Positions 13,183 to 25,557 of a stretch of DNA of 64,000 bases are shown piece by piece; the stretch's first letter is position 1, and each line of letters begins with the position of its first letter. The notes beneath the pieces were generated by a model. The model ran no database searches, was not told the origin of the DNA, and saw only the letters and a list, made by a program, of their open reading frames with translations. A program made the position numbers and the translations under genes. Source of the stretch: Camelus ferus (taxonomy: Eukaryota); contig NC_045707.1 of NCBI RefSeq assembly GCF_009834535.1, positions 60,638,001 through 60,702,000 on the forward strand, in the 5' to 3' direction.

Positions 13183-13836
13183 TGAAACTAAGGAGAACCC
13201 TACAAGACTTTCCCAGAGACAGACCCCTGCATCCCACCTTCTACAAACAAGACCTACCTCTTGTTTATTGAAAACCATTAGCTTTTTAGGCCTTCCCCAA
13301 GTTCCAAAGAGCAAATTAATCAGAGAAATGAGAAAATGCAGAAACAAAGGAAAACAGTCAAGCAAGATAAAATGATAATAGTTCAGCCATAAAACAAAGT
13401 CAAGGACCTTTAGTTCTTCCTCAAGGGCTATAGATAATATCTTGAGCCATAACCTTGAGTTGTTTTACAGATACTAAAACCCCCACTAGGTAGAAGTTAA
13501 CTGCCAACCACCAGCTCTTAGACCCCAGACCAGTTGAAATCAGGATGATGATGTTGACTCCCCAAAATACTATCCTGTTACTTCACCAACCAATCAGAAG
13601 GATGTCCTCAAGCTGATCAGGCACACCCTATGACCCTCTCCCTCACTTTGCCTTTAAAAATCCTTCCCTGTAAATCAGCGGAGAGTCCGGCTCTTTCGAG
13701 CTTGAGCTGCCCATTCTCTTGCTTGGTCCCCAGCTGGGTCCCTTGCAATACATTGTACTTTCCTTCACCACAACCTGATGTCAGTGTATTTGCTTTCTGC
13801 ACGTGGGCGAGCAGCTCCAAGTTTGGTTCTGTTACA
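13183..13836 (+). mobile_element. Intact solo LTR, ERV1-like (654 bp)
   Basis: Begins TG (TGAAACT) and ends CA (TGTTACA). 4-bp TSD TACT at 13179-13182 and 13837-13840. CCAAT near 13590, TATA-like TTTAAAAA near 13653 and poly-A-signal-like AATACA near 13747 are in U3-R-U5 order. Confidence 0.8.
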
Positions 13837-14742
13837 TACTTACATTTATTTTCTTATAATATTTTTACTTTCACTTAGTTAGATTCTGATTTTCTTTTCT
13901 TTCTTTCTTTCTTTTTTTTTTTTTTTTGAGTGTGGCTGAAAGGAGTTATAGCTAGTTTGACAAGAATTTGCATAATCCTGGGTATACCATGGCTACTTGT
14001 TTTAAATGTGAACATCATCCATTGGAAAATAGGGTTGAACATCATTCCTTAAAGAACATGTAGTCCATCTCCTTACTTTTATCAGAACTTGAAATGCAGA
14101 GAGTAATTTGTCTAGCCACATATCCAGTTAGCTAAGTCTATAACCTAGGCCTCCTTGATTCCAGTACAGTGCTTTCTATTTCAATAAATGACCCGTTATT
14201 TTGAACAGCCAATATAAGAAAGTGGGCTGAGGCAGGAGAGGACTAGGCAAGGCAATTTGTCTCCTTTTTCTAATCTTTAGTCTCAGTTCCCAGCCTAAAG
14301 GAAAAGCACCAAAGAAACAGCTCCAATGGCACAGTCTGCAAGTTTCCTTGCTCTAGGAACATTCTTCTTCAAATCTACTTGATTGCAATTCACAATAAGA
14401 AATACATTTAAAATCACAATATAGGACACACACATCCTCCCCTGTAACTGAAACAAAAGTTTCACAAAGCAGTTCTTGCCCTTACTATACATGTACTCAT
14501 CATGATCTTTTATATTCTATTCCATTCTAGCCTAGTTCATTAAAAAATTTTGAAAAACTCTGCTCTAGAAAATAATAGACATGTTTCAACCTGCTGACAA
14601 ACTCTGAAGTTACTAGGTTTGCTGAAACTGTGTCATTCACAGAATAATAAACTTCACTCATATATATTTGAACTACAACTACAATATCTCAGATTTCAGA
14701 ACAGAACCCATAGAATCTTCTCATTGGAATACCAGTTCATTA

Positions 14743-14925
14743 CAGTATCACAGATTCTAAGACTCATTGTTTTCCACATTTTAACATCTCTGAGTTCAGG
14801 ATGTGTCTTTAAAAAATCAGTGGCTTGGTAAAGTTTAATTGTTAGTATTTCTCTTCTTTCTTGGGTAACATGAAATAATGGTGAGTCTTAAAGTCCATGA
14901 TTTCTTAGAGTTTCTATGAAATATC
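14743..14925. mobile_element. Old DNA transposon MITE (MER104/Tc2-like)
   Basis: GATTCTAAGA...CCACATTTTAACATCTCTGA...GGATGTGTCTT, with the inverted terminal motif TCTTAGAGTTTCTATGAAATA. Confidence 0.45.
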
Positions 14926-15988
14926 TTAGTAATAAGGATTATATAGGCCAAACTCTATTGCTTATTCATTTCCAAGTATCCAACAGACCAGAATGCTTTT
15001 TGACATCTTGTTAACATAATGTAATGAGGTGATGAAAACTACTTAAGAAAAAAACCTTAGGGCTGGGCTAGAAGGAAAAATGAGTTACAAAAGGAATTTA
15101 GAGATGGCTTTCTCATGGAGCTTTCACTGTTAGCAGGGTTTGATTAAGATCTTTCTGGTTTTCTACCTCTTATTTTGTATTGTTACTTTCAATGACTAGC
15201 ATTTTACTTTTTTCTCTCACTCATAGGGTTGAGGGAGAGTTCCCCGGACCATGGTTAAAAAGGAAGGCAGAAGGTTACATCCGAAAGTTAAGGTACTAAA
15301 AAAAAAAAAAATTAGATTTTATTTTAAAAATGTAACGAATCGCCAAATTCATGTGTATTTGTTCACACTGATACCAACACAACACATTGTAAAACTTAAT
15401 GACTGTGAAACTGGCAGGAAGGATCCCGAACATGACTAGGAACCAAAATAAATTTGCTAGGCTATTTTCATCACAGCGTGAAGAAAATGTACCACCTTTT
15501 CCTCAAAAAAGCCAACAAACAAACAAACAAAAAACCCTCAAAAGAAACGAAGAAAACCTCTAATGAAGAAAACAGTACATTAAATGCCACGATTAATGTG
15601 CTACTAGAAATAGGGACAAGTGGTTACTGCTTTTCAAGCCAGACACCACGATGCCTTCTTCCCCCGTCTGGCTGAAACTTTAGGCAAGCCCCAGGCTGGG
15701 GAGGCGGGCCTCATGCCCGGCCTCACCGAGGGCGTGGGGTCCCGAGCCCTACCCGGAGCTCTATCGTGCTGTCTCCTCAGATTAGGCAGGCCTTGTACGA
15801 CCGGTCCCGAAGGCCTCGCCTCAGCAGGCGCGGGGCGGGCGGCGGCGGATTCGCCTCCCGAGACCGCCCTCAAGGGTGCGGAGGCGGTTTGACGGCTGTA
15901 AGACTCCAGAATCAGGTGTTGACAGTTGCTCCCGCGCGGCTGACGCCCGCCCCGCAGGGGAGGAGTCTCCGCGGCCGCCTCCGCGCGT

Positions 15989-16000
15989 CGTCACGTGACG
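15989..16000. promoter_or_regulatory. CLEAR/E-box palindrome CGTCACGTGACG
   Basis: Exact GTCACGTGAC at 15990-15999, the consensus for USF and MiT/TFE bHLH-ZIP factors, lying between GC boxes. Confidence 0.7.
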
Positions 16001-16059
16001 GGAAAGGGGTGTGGCCTGAGCCCGCTAGCCGAGGGGCGGGGCCGGGAAGGGAGGGCTCT

Positions 16060-16452
16060 CGAATGTGAAGGATCTTGGCGGCTCTGGATGCCCAGAGAGG
16101 CGGCGACGCGGTCGATGACAGCATTAGGCCGCGACGCGTTCCCGGCTGGGCGGTGGTGGTAGCGGCAGCCCGGGCGGCTGCAGCCTTAGCTTTCGTGGCG
16201 GCAGAGGCCGCCGCTGATAGCCGGCAGAGGGAGGGAAGGTGGGGGCCCGCCCCGCCCTGGACCAGGGGGCCGGAGTTTCCGCCTCCTTCGCGGGTCCTGC
16301 CTCCGCGGCGGCGAGACCGCGCCCTTGGTCTGGGCTCGCGCCCCAGCTGCCACCGGCGACAGCAGCCGAGAGAAGTTAGGGTCCGACTGGACGCGTGCAG
16401 GGCCCCAGAAGAACCGGCATCTGGCGCCCCGCCTCTCCGGGGCTCCGCACCG
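16060..16452 (+). other. OSBPL8: OSBPL8 non-coding exon 1 (5' boundary/TSS approximate)
   Basis: Strong donor CCG|GTGAGT with GT at 16453, inside the CpG island and downstream of the promoter motifs. The TSS cannot be determined from sequence. Confidence 0.7.
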
Positions 16453-19400
16453 GTGAGTGTCGCGTCCGCTCCTCAGTTGGGGGGCGGTGGGATCGCACCC
16501 CTGCGGGCGACTGCACCCTGATCCTCACGTTCTGAGTTCGGGCCGGCGGGGACTCCGGGCACCCCGCGCCGGGGAGTTTCTCTTTGGCTCCTTTGTCCCC
16601 TTTTTAAGTGGGAAATTCCAAAGGCTGGCGAGGATGGAGTGTTTTGGGGCCCACCGTCGGTGCGTCTGCAGCCTTACAAAGCCGCGGCAGGGGCAGGGGG
16701 CCGCTGCGAGCTTTTTGATCGCCCTGAGTGTCTGCCTCCTCCTGAAGTTTTGGCAGGCGGCGGGGGTCTCGCCGAAAGCCCCCGTGCGCGGGAGAGCTAG
16801 CGCTTTGTCACTTGGTGCGGTTTAGGCGAGGCTCCCGTTTTCCTGTGACAGCCCCAGAGGAGGCTGTGCCACGCACCGCAGACCGCACCCGCCCTGCAGA
16901 GCCGGGTGGCACGATGTTGTTCCTATTAACCTCAGTTCCTCTGGCCTTCTCGTAGTGTAGGAGGAAGGCGGAGCTTTTGTTGTAATTTTAAATTTAATAT
17001 TTGTTTCTCAGCCCTTTCTCAAGAATGGAATCAGGTTCCATGTTGCTTCACAAAGAGCGTGCTTTTGGTTTATTGAGCCACCCACTCCAGACCTGCCGAG
17101 GCGAAGCAACAGTATTTGCAGATTTTCCATTCACGAAAGTCATTTAACGCTCTTCTTTAGGAGAGACATCTGCATTGGGGAACATACCCAATTTCATTTT
17201 ATCTAAATGCTGCCTGAAATAATAGGTAATTTGGGCTCCTAAACAGATGGGGAAAACGTATCTAGCTGATGATATAAGAATATTCACTTTAAGTGAATAA
17301 TTTAGTGAAGTTTTTGTCTATTTGACACAAAGACAAATGATTTCTAAGTAGTATTAGAATGCACTGTGTATGTTTACTAGTTTTTATTAACTTCTCCTTA
17401 AATTTAGCCTCAAATTAGTGCCACTTTAGGTCTTTTCAAATAATCATTTGGAAGTTTTTCGCCTCCTTTAGTATCCAAGTAGAGCAAGGATTGGGGAGGA
17501 GCATGGGTGAATTGCTTGTTAGGTTTTCTCCGTCCATACCATCCGGTGCCATCTAAACTTGATCATGCTGATAGACTATGGTCAATTTCTATGCTTGCTA
17601 GAGCTTGTTTTGCAGTGAAATTATTAACGTGTTAGCGTTGTGAAACAGGTTGAGGAAGGAAGAGTAAGGGCATGCAGTTCGCCCGCTATTAAAAGTACAA
17701 CTGATTTCAAGTAATTGTTCCCCGTTTTTGATAGCGACAGTGTATGGTATGACTACAATATGCCTGTTCAGAGTAATGGGAAAGGGGATAGATGAAACAT
17801 AAGAACTACCTTTTAGGTCTTTAATTATGGAACTTAAGTTGTTGCGGTCAAATTCCATGTGAACCGTTTGAGCCACAATACATTGTACACAGATGCTTAG
17901 AAGTGCCTGTTTAATTAAAAATGGTCATTGTTTATTTCTCTTTCATTGAATCGTGTTTATTGTATCTGCGATCTGTGAAAAGATGCTGCTACATTTTTTT
18001 CAGTTAGAATGTTATATTTTAGAGGCAATCAAATATGTTTCTTACAAATCATTTATGGCACCTATAAATTTGGCAATATCTGATTTCTAGGTTCACTTTT
18101 GAATTGCAAAACCTTAAAATACACTTTGGGGATAAATATACAATTCTGTGTAGTGAAATTATCTTTTGAGTTTTGATTTAAGAAAAAGGTGATAGAATTA
18201 TGAACTTACAAAATGTGCATTACAAAAGATCTTTCTTTTTAAAGGACAAATTGCATAATTTTTTAAACTAGTGAATGTTCTTAGTATATTTAAACTTGGT
18301 TTACACACAATTCTTTAAGAGCACGTTACTTGAGTTGAAGCATGAGTGACAAAATAAGGAATTGATACTTGGGTGTAGTTTTCTAATATTATTTTGGAAA
18401 ATCCTTATCCTAATAGTAATACCTGAAGTGTTATATTTTAATGTTTATATTATGAAATCTAAAGCTGTGCACACTTGTAGCAATGCTTTTGGAGCAGTGG
18501 AGGATTCAAAAGTGGAAGACAAAGGTCCTACCTTATTCTTATGACTATGACCTACAAATAATATATAAATACAACTTGAATTAAAAAGCCTCTGAATACT
18601 TCATTAATGAAGACGGCTGCATACAGGGAGATTGAAATATAGTCTTCTTGTGGGTGAGACACAGGAAGAGATGTATGAACTAATGTGTGAAGATTTCATG
18701 TCAGTATTTTCTTTCAGGAAACCCCTGAAAGATTTCAGATCTGTCCTTGTACCTTGGTCACCACCCCCTCATATATCTGCTCAAAAGGCATGAAGGTGAA
18801 GGTCTCATCTGGAACACATAATAGAAGGGATTTTTCCTCCTTGAGAAATGTTATCAAGTTTGCAAGGAGAGTGTTTTCTTCAGAGACCTTGTAGGAAAGG
18901 AATCCTTGTCCTGAGGCATCATACTCTTCTACCCTTTGTTATTTTTACTTTTGTTTAAGTTAGAAACAATGTAAGCTCTCCATCATAGCAAGGACCTTGT
19001 CTATTTTGCTCACCATTGACTCTCCAAATACTTAGTAGTTATTGAATGAAAAAATGTGGTTCCAGATATATGACTGGAGAACCAAGAGGAGTTTGTGGTA
19101 ATGTAGTCCAAATTAGATACAGACAGTGAGGTGAAAATGTTGGCTTGCGAGGAGGGTAGCAGGTCATTTAATCTGGGGAACGTTCTTGGGAGAGGCCATT
19201 CTTCAGTTAGGTCTTGTTGAAAGCTGTCTATCTGAAGATAAGCAGGTGTTCTAAGAGTAGTAGACAGCATGAACCGAAGCATTTAAATTGGACTGGGTAG
19301 TCATGTCAGATTAAGCACAGTGAGTCTTTTTCAGTAACATTATAAAGAATTTTTCTTCTTCCCTCACAGCTGTTGCCTCTCCCAGGTGAAAAGATTCCCA

Positions 19401-19454
19401 CACTTTAAAAGAGCCAAAATTTAGAGTGCTTGAGTTTTGGAAGTGACAATGTTA

Positions 19455-19680
19455 CAGGGAAAGCAAGAGCATTGAACTGGAGGTGAGAAAATTTGAATTG
19501 GATTTCGGATGGCATCTTATACAAGCATCCTTACGCAAATCACTGGGTCTTAGTTTTCTCATTTGTGAAAGGAGGATAGTAATCCTCATCCCATCCCATT
19601 GTTGGGAGAATGAAATTACATAATATATGTGAAAATGCCCATCTCAATGTCTTAAAACATAGAAGTCAATAAACATTAAA
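19455..19680. mobile_element. MIR SINE
   Basis: GGGTCTTAGTTTTCTCATTTGTGAAAGGAGGATAGTAAT...GTTGGGAGAATGAAAT. Confidence 0.6.
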
Positions 19681-20557
19681 TTATTTAAAACTTTTTTTTT
19701 GTCTTTAGATCTTTAAAAGATGTTTTGGTGCATTTATCACAAACACTAATACCTACTTGACCTTTGCTTTGATTCATGTGGTATTACCTTTAAATTTATC
19801 AGTATCAAAATTTTAGACCCTTAGTTTTCTTTCAGTGAGGCATAATGTTTTCTGATAGAAATGAGGCTTAATTTTGTTACTTCTTAATGTTACAAACTGC
19901 AGGGAATGCTAGATGCCTCAAATTTGTAAAGCTTTAAGGAATATGTGTAGCTGAAAAGATCTGAGCCTCTAGGCTTCTCTACAGAATTTGTTTTTGAAGA
20001 AATTATACTTGCCTGTCATGTGATCTCTGTTCATTGTGAAAAAGCAGGACAGTTTCCTGCTATTAAGGAAAAAAAAACCCCAAAATATCTTCCATATGTT
20101 TTTAGTGATCTGAGTTGACTGCAAACCATGAAGAATTGCTACCTGCTGTGCTTTATTTTAGAATTCAGTATTTTTTTGAGCAGGCAGATAGACTTCTGCA
20201 TCATTTCTTTTCTCAGCTTTTTGTCCCAGTAGCTATTTGTTCTTTTATGAATCTCAAAATTTCATTATTCTTTGTGAACTCTTTGTACTATTTAAATCCA
20301 CGGAGCTGTCTGTTCTTTGTATAGTATTTGGAAGGGAATTTTATTATAAAAAGACTAAAAAGAGCCGTGAATCTTCAAATGATAAGCCAGTTACCTGCCA
20401 TCTTCCATATTTACAAAGGACTGAAAAAAAAGAAATGGATTTTGAGCTTGAAGGCTCTTTTCAGATAAAAAGAAGAAATTTTTTGATTTGGAGTTGTTAA
20501 AAACATGATAGATTCAAAGGGAGATTGATAGCCTGAAGGGATCTTAGTAGGAGTGGT

Positions 20558-20560
<3 letters not shown>

Positions 20561-20593
<33 letters not shown>

Positions 20594-20622
20594 CAACAAC
20601 AACAACAACAGTAATAATAACA
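20561..20622. repeat. Compound (TAA)n(CAA)n microsatellite
   Basis: Directly visible. Explains the poly-Leu ORF at 20411..20623. Confidence 0.95.
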
Positions 20623-22149
20623 TATATGTTGACTGCTAACCATGTATCAGGTGCTTGACATGTGTACCTGACAGTGAGCCCCCAAATCAGGCTATTTTCT
20701 TGTCCGTTTTTTAAAATCCTCATGCACTGAAAGATTAAGTAGTAGGCCGTGGAAGTGGGGTTTGAACTAAACCTGAGTCACAGGGGAGGCTAAGTAGCAG
20801 GTGGTGGAGCTTACCAAAAGCATTTGAATTCAAGGTTTAACCTGACCTTTGACTTCAGAACCTGCACTTTTAGCCATTGTATTGCACTGCATTGTGTAGT
20901 TTATTTGCAGTTGCCTCTTGTGACAGGTTTTGACCTTTATGATCTTTTCCAGTCTATTTTGACTTTATGATTTGATCAAAATACAATTTGTAATAAGATG
21001 GCATATAGCCTTGATTTTTTTTTACATTTCACATGTATTTGACTGACATCCTGTTTTTTACTTAGTAGACTGAATAATTCTTTATTGTTCTTTCAGTTAC
21101 CGTTTTCTTACTAAGGAATTCCAGACTAACCTGAAACTTTAAGAACATAGTAGATACAGTATTTTAAGGTGACTTGTTACATTTTTAAAATTTAAACTGT
21201 TTTTTTCAAAGAGTAAGACTGATGTACAGATTTGGTATGGATGGTTTTTATGGATGATATTTGAAAGTCGCAAATCTATATAATTGAAATTTATCCTATT
21301 GAAATTTCCACCATTAAAGTAACTTGTTTTTTGGCCGCCAAGTGCCACTATTAGCAGGAGTAGTTTATCAGATTACATAGCTTCTTACGAGCAAGGCTCA
21401 GGCTCTTGTGAACATTATGGAATCTGTGTGGGTACATTTTGATGAGGTGAGAGTATGGTGTATTTGGAGAGAGAGCAGTTCAGTCAAAGTAACTCCATTA
21501 GTGGATAAGAGTAATGCAGTGGGAACCTTGGACTAGAGGACGTGTACATTGTTCAAGCCCAGAGTAGGATGAAGGACTTCTGAAGAGGAGCTTTGCTTAC
21601 TGTATAATTTTACTTGTTGCTTTGACTATAATGACATTTAAGATCAGCAATCCAGAACTAAGGAACAGTGCTGTGCATCATAGTGGGGAGTTTGTAATAG
21701 TTCCTAGGCTGTTTTCCAAAATGTGGATTCATTGACCGAAGGACTCTCTGACTACCTATTCTTTTGGAAATCTGGAGATGTAGAAGAGCACCAGCCCTGG
21801 AGTCTGACTGCCCAAGTTCGGAACCTACCCAGCCACTCAGCTGGCTTGTTGCCATGCACGCGGCCCTGTGCTGACATGGGATGACTGCAGAGGGAGAAAG
21901 TGGTGTCTTTAGGCGAAGTGAGGCCCAGAGATGCACCCTGTGAGTTTCGTGTGGTTCTTCGGTGGTATTAAAGAGATCTGGAAGTTCTTGCATAATCTGA
22001 GTGAAGGAAATAGAAGTTAACAGAATGAGAGCCAGCCAGCAAGCCTGTCATGAGGCTGCTGTTGTGAGGGGAGGGGCCATGCAGTACAGTGTGGGGAGAG
22101 CGGCTGTGGAAGGTTCAGCTCAACGCCCACCAAAATTTGTGCTCCCCTG

Positions 22150-22575
22150 CTGTAGTACAGTTAACCCTGGGACGTGGCTCCTCAACTGGGAACATATTTC
22201 TCAGTCATTCTCTCCTTTCTCCTCATCCTCCTTCCCTGCAGCTAGGTGGGGTCACATGACTGGCTTCACCAGTGGAATGTGAATGGAAATGAGGTGGTGT
22301 CGCTTTTGAGTTGCGGTGGGAGAAAAGCAGCTGTCTTTCTCCACTTTCTCTTTTCCAGCCCAAGAGCCAGATGCAGAGGCTGGGGTTCTTTGGGTGTGTG
22401 GGAGAGCCAGGGATTGGGAGATCTCTAGTCCCTAAATTACCATGTGGAAGAAAGCTGTGCACCTGTGCAAACAGGAGCGCTCATGATGGACAGTAATTTT
22501 AATGAGACATTTTAATGTGTGAAGTTACTGAAAATTTGAGGTTTATTTATTAAGCAGCCAGTGTTGCCTTAACCA
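22150..22575 (+). mobile_element. MLT1 (MaLR) LTR
   Basis: GCAGCTAGGTGGGGTCACATGACT...GGAATGTGAATGGAAATG, ending GTTTATTTATTAAGCAGCCAGTGTTGCCTTAAC. Confidence 0.65.
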
Positions 22576-22818
22576 TGGGCTGCATGGGCTGCATAGAAGA
22601 GATAATTGAGGCCCTAAGAATATCCATACCAGCAGGAGCTGAGGTGGGGCCAAGTTCAGAGATCCACTGGGTGCTGCTCCAACATACTGATCTGCATATG
22701 ATACCATTATGACCCTATCAAACCTCCGAGGCCCACGAGGACCCAGAGGGCAGTCCATGGGTCTACATTCAGACGAGTCATAACATTCCCTGTGCCCACG
22801 AAAGCTTTCCTCTGTGTC

Positions 22819-23034
22819 CAGGGTTTCTCTAACTTGGCTCTCTTTACAGTTTGGGCTGGATGATTCTTTGTTGTGGTGGGGGCTGCCCTGTGCGTTGTAG
22901 ACTGTAGAGCAGCATCCCTCCCCATTACCCATTAGATGTCAGTAGCATCTCCCCTAATTGTATGACTGAAAATATCTCTGGACATTGCCAAATGTCCCCT
23001 GGGGGGTAAAATCAACCCCAGCAGAGAACCACTG
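22819..23034. mobile_element. MER20 (hAT-Charlie) MITE
   Basis: CAGGGTTTCTC...GGACATTGCCAAATGTCCCCTGGGGGGTAAAATC...GAGAACCACTG matches the recalled MER20 consensus, with terminal inverted repeats. Confidence 0.85.
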
Positions 23035-23199
23035 CCTTAAAAACTGAGTTAACCTGAAAGAAATTATTTTAAACTGAAAGAAACTTATCTTTAATCAAAG
23101 GACTTTTTCTCCTCTTAGAAGATGAGTAGAATTCATGGGGGAGGTTTATGAATATGCAACAGAGGAAGCTATTTTTTTTTTTTTTTTTGTGAAACACTA

Positions 23200-25480
23200 G
23201 TTTCTATTGAATGTTGATCTACATGTCTGTTAATTTATCAGCTTAGACATTGTCTGGATTTTCTGTTTTTTCTTTTGTTCTTTCCTTTTCCTTCTGAACT
23301 GGTGGCTATACTTCTTGCCTAGATAAACATATTTCCTCCATCCTCCCAACCCCAGCTGTCATGCCCATATGTCTATAGGTTCTCTCTAAATGATGAAAAC
23401 CAGTAGTTTTGATATTATGACTATGTAAATATTATTTAATGCTAGGCCAGGTAGTATGATTATGATTTCTTTTCCACAGATCCTATTAAGCAGACCTTGG
23501 GGCACTTGAAGAAAAATTCCTTGATACCATCAAGGTTTAGTGGATTTTATTTTATTTATTTTATCAGTTGCTTAAAATCTAGCCATTGAATTAAAAACAA
23601 TGGGCATGACTTCCTGTTTTCTTGGTGTTTCTAATGGCCCCCCTTTTTTGTACTGTATGCTTTTATCATAGTGTCCCCACCCACTAACCCCCACCCCTCC
23701 CAGCTCTTCAGCATACTATCTGTTGTACTGTGTTCCTTATTTATTTATCTGGAGTTGCCTGTAATTCTGCTTCAACTTGGACTAGTTGCCTTTTAGGTCT
23801 CTTTCTGAAACTTCCTTTCACTGTCCTCTTGAATTGGATCTATTCTATTATAGATCTTCTTCTTCTTTTTTTTACTAAATCTATTTAATCTTTTTCCTGG
23901 AGTACATCTTCAAGTAACTTCCCAAAAAAGTTGTTTTGAGAGGCAAATTTTTGGAATTATTCTATGTACAGAAATGTCTTCATTTTGTTTTCATATTTGA
24001 CTGATAGTTTGGGTACAGTGTTGTAGGTTGTACATAATTTTCCTTTGGAACTCTGAAAGCATCGCTTGGTTGTCTGCCACCTTCCAGGGATGCTGATTAG
24101 AAGTCATATGTCATCTAATTTACTGTCTTTTTAAGGTGATTTGTTCTTTCTTCTGTCTGAAAACTTTTAGGATCTTCTCTTTTATCTTTCTGCTACAAAG
24201 TCATAATGAGGTATACAAGTTATTTTTGTTTTGTTTTGGTTATTTTTTCTGGGTACTCAGTTGCCCTTATTCTTGAATCAGATTCTTCAACTCTAAGAAA
24301 TTTTCTTCTGTCTTTGATGTTTTCCTCTCTTCATTTTCTTGTTTGCTTTTCCATTCTTTAAAAGGGGGCAAATGTTTTCTCTCTGGTCAGTGAGACTGAT
24401 CCTCATCTCATTTTTACTGTAATATTTTGTGATTCTCTTTGCTCTGTGGTCAGGGTTTTTTTTCCCCCCTAGGTTTTTGACTGATTTTTTGAGAAGGGTG
24501 GTAATCTATGAATTTTCTTGTTCTCTTTTTCTACCATTCTTTTCTTGTTTTATGTTGTAATACTGTGTTTAGTCTCAGAATATGAAAAGTAGATTTTTAA
24601 AAGATATTTGTGTCTCCTTAATTATTTCCTTTTCCTTTCTGGTCAGTTTTTGTAATCTTTTTTTTTTTTTTTTCCATGCTTTGTTTTTCTTGTATGCCTG
24701 GTGATGTTTGGTTGTTTCTTCAGGTTTCAGAAAGAAAGACTGGCTTCCTGATCTGGTCATCCCTCTCCCACTGTGATCCTTGGACTGTTTTCCCTGTTTA
24801 GGTTTTACCTTGGAGTAAGAATTTTGGGCACAGCACTTCGGGGGCAGGATAGTATAGGATAGGGCCCATCTATTGGCAAACATTTTAGGGAAAGAGGGGG
24901 GAGCCTGCTTCCAGGCTGTGGGGCCTCTAAATGCCAGATAAGGAGGGTTTATTACTCTGTACCAGCATCCCCGCTTAGCTGTCCCTAGACAGTTATTCAC
25001 TGTCTTTAGAGAAAAGCTGACTGTCTTTTTGCCTGGGAGTAAATGCCAGTTGTTTAGGTGCTGCTTGGAGGTGGGAGATGGGAAATGTAGTTGTCCCTTA
25101 TACAGTTTGTCAAGTAATGTATCATTCTCCTGTTTTTAGCCCCACTATTTATTCCCATCCTTTGCTGAACCATTTACTTTGCAATCATGCCTCTCTGGGG
25201 TTCTGTCAGAATTGAACTGGTTCTCAGCCTTTTGCATCACTCTTAAAGGGTATAATGAGGCTGTGGCTTCCTGTGCTTGCTGTATCGATTAACCTTACAT
25301 CTGCTTTCATCTTTCAGAAATTTGTTGATTTCCCTCTCTGCTCTATCCCCACTTTTAATTTCTTTGTTCTTATGGTTTCATTTTTTTCCTGTATGAATTG
25401 CTTTTATTTCAGTGGGATATCTGGAATAACTGGAGGGAGATTTTATGTTCAGTCTCTTATCTTTTATTGGAGACCTTTCC
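23200..25480 (-). mobile_element. Old L1M fragments
   Basis: T-rich antisense L1M-like sequence, e.g. GATAGTTTGGGTACAGTGTTGTAGGTTG...ATTTTCCTTTGGAACTCTGAAAGCAT. Confidence 0.55.
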
Positions 25481-25516
25481 TAGCTTTTTAAATAGAAGGT
25501 ATAGAACTATTGAACT

Positions 25517-25557
<41 letters not shown>
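25517..25557. repeat. (GTT)n microsatellite
   Basis: Directly visible perfect trinucleotide run. Confidence 0.95.

Larger units (their letters stand above)
15640..16915. promoter_or_regulatory. OSBPL8: CpG island / TATA-less promoter of OSBPL8
   Basis: Abrupt GC- and CpG-rich island in otherwise CpG-depleted DNA. Contains GC boxes (GCCCGCCCC 15945-15953, GGGGCGGGGC 16033-16042), an E-box palindrome at 15989-16000 and a splice donor. Confidence 0.92.

Noticed and set aside
15620..16825. Several 70-148 aa ORFs on both strands in the CpG island
   Set aside because: GC-rich DNA is poor in stop codons. The peptides are Ala/Arg/Pro/Gly-rich with no recognisable family, many begin at non-ATG codons, and the recognised start is in exon 2.
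20411..20623. Poly-Leu signal-peptide-like ORF
   Set aside because: Translation of the (TAA)n(CAA)n microsatellite.
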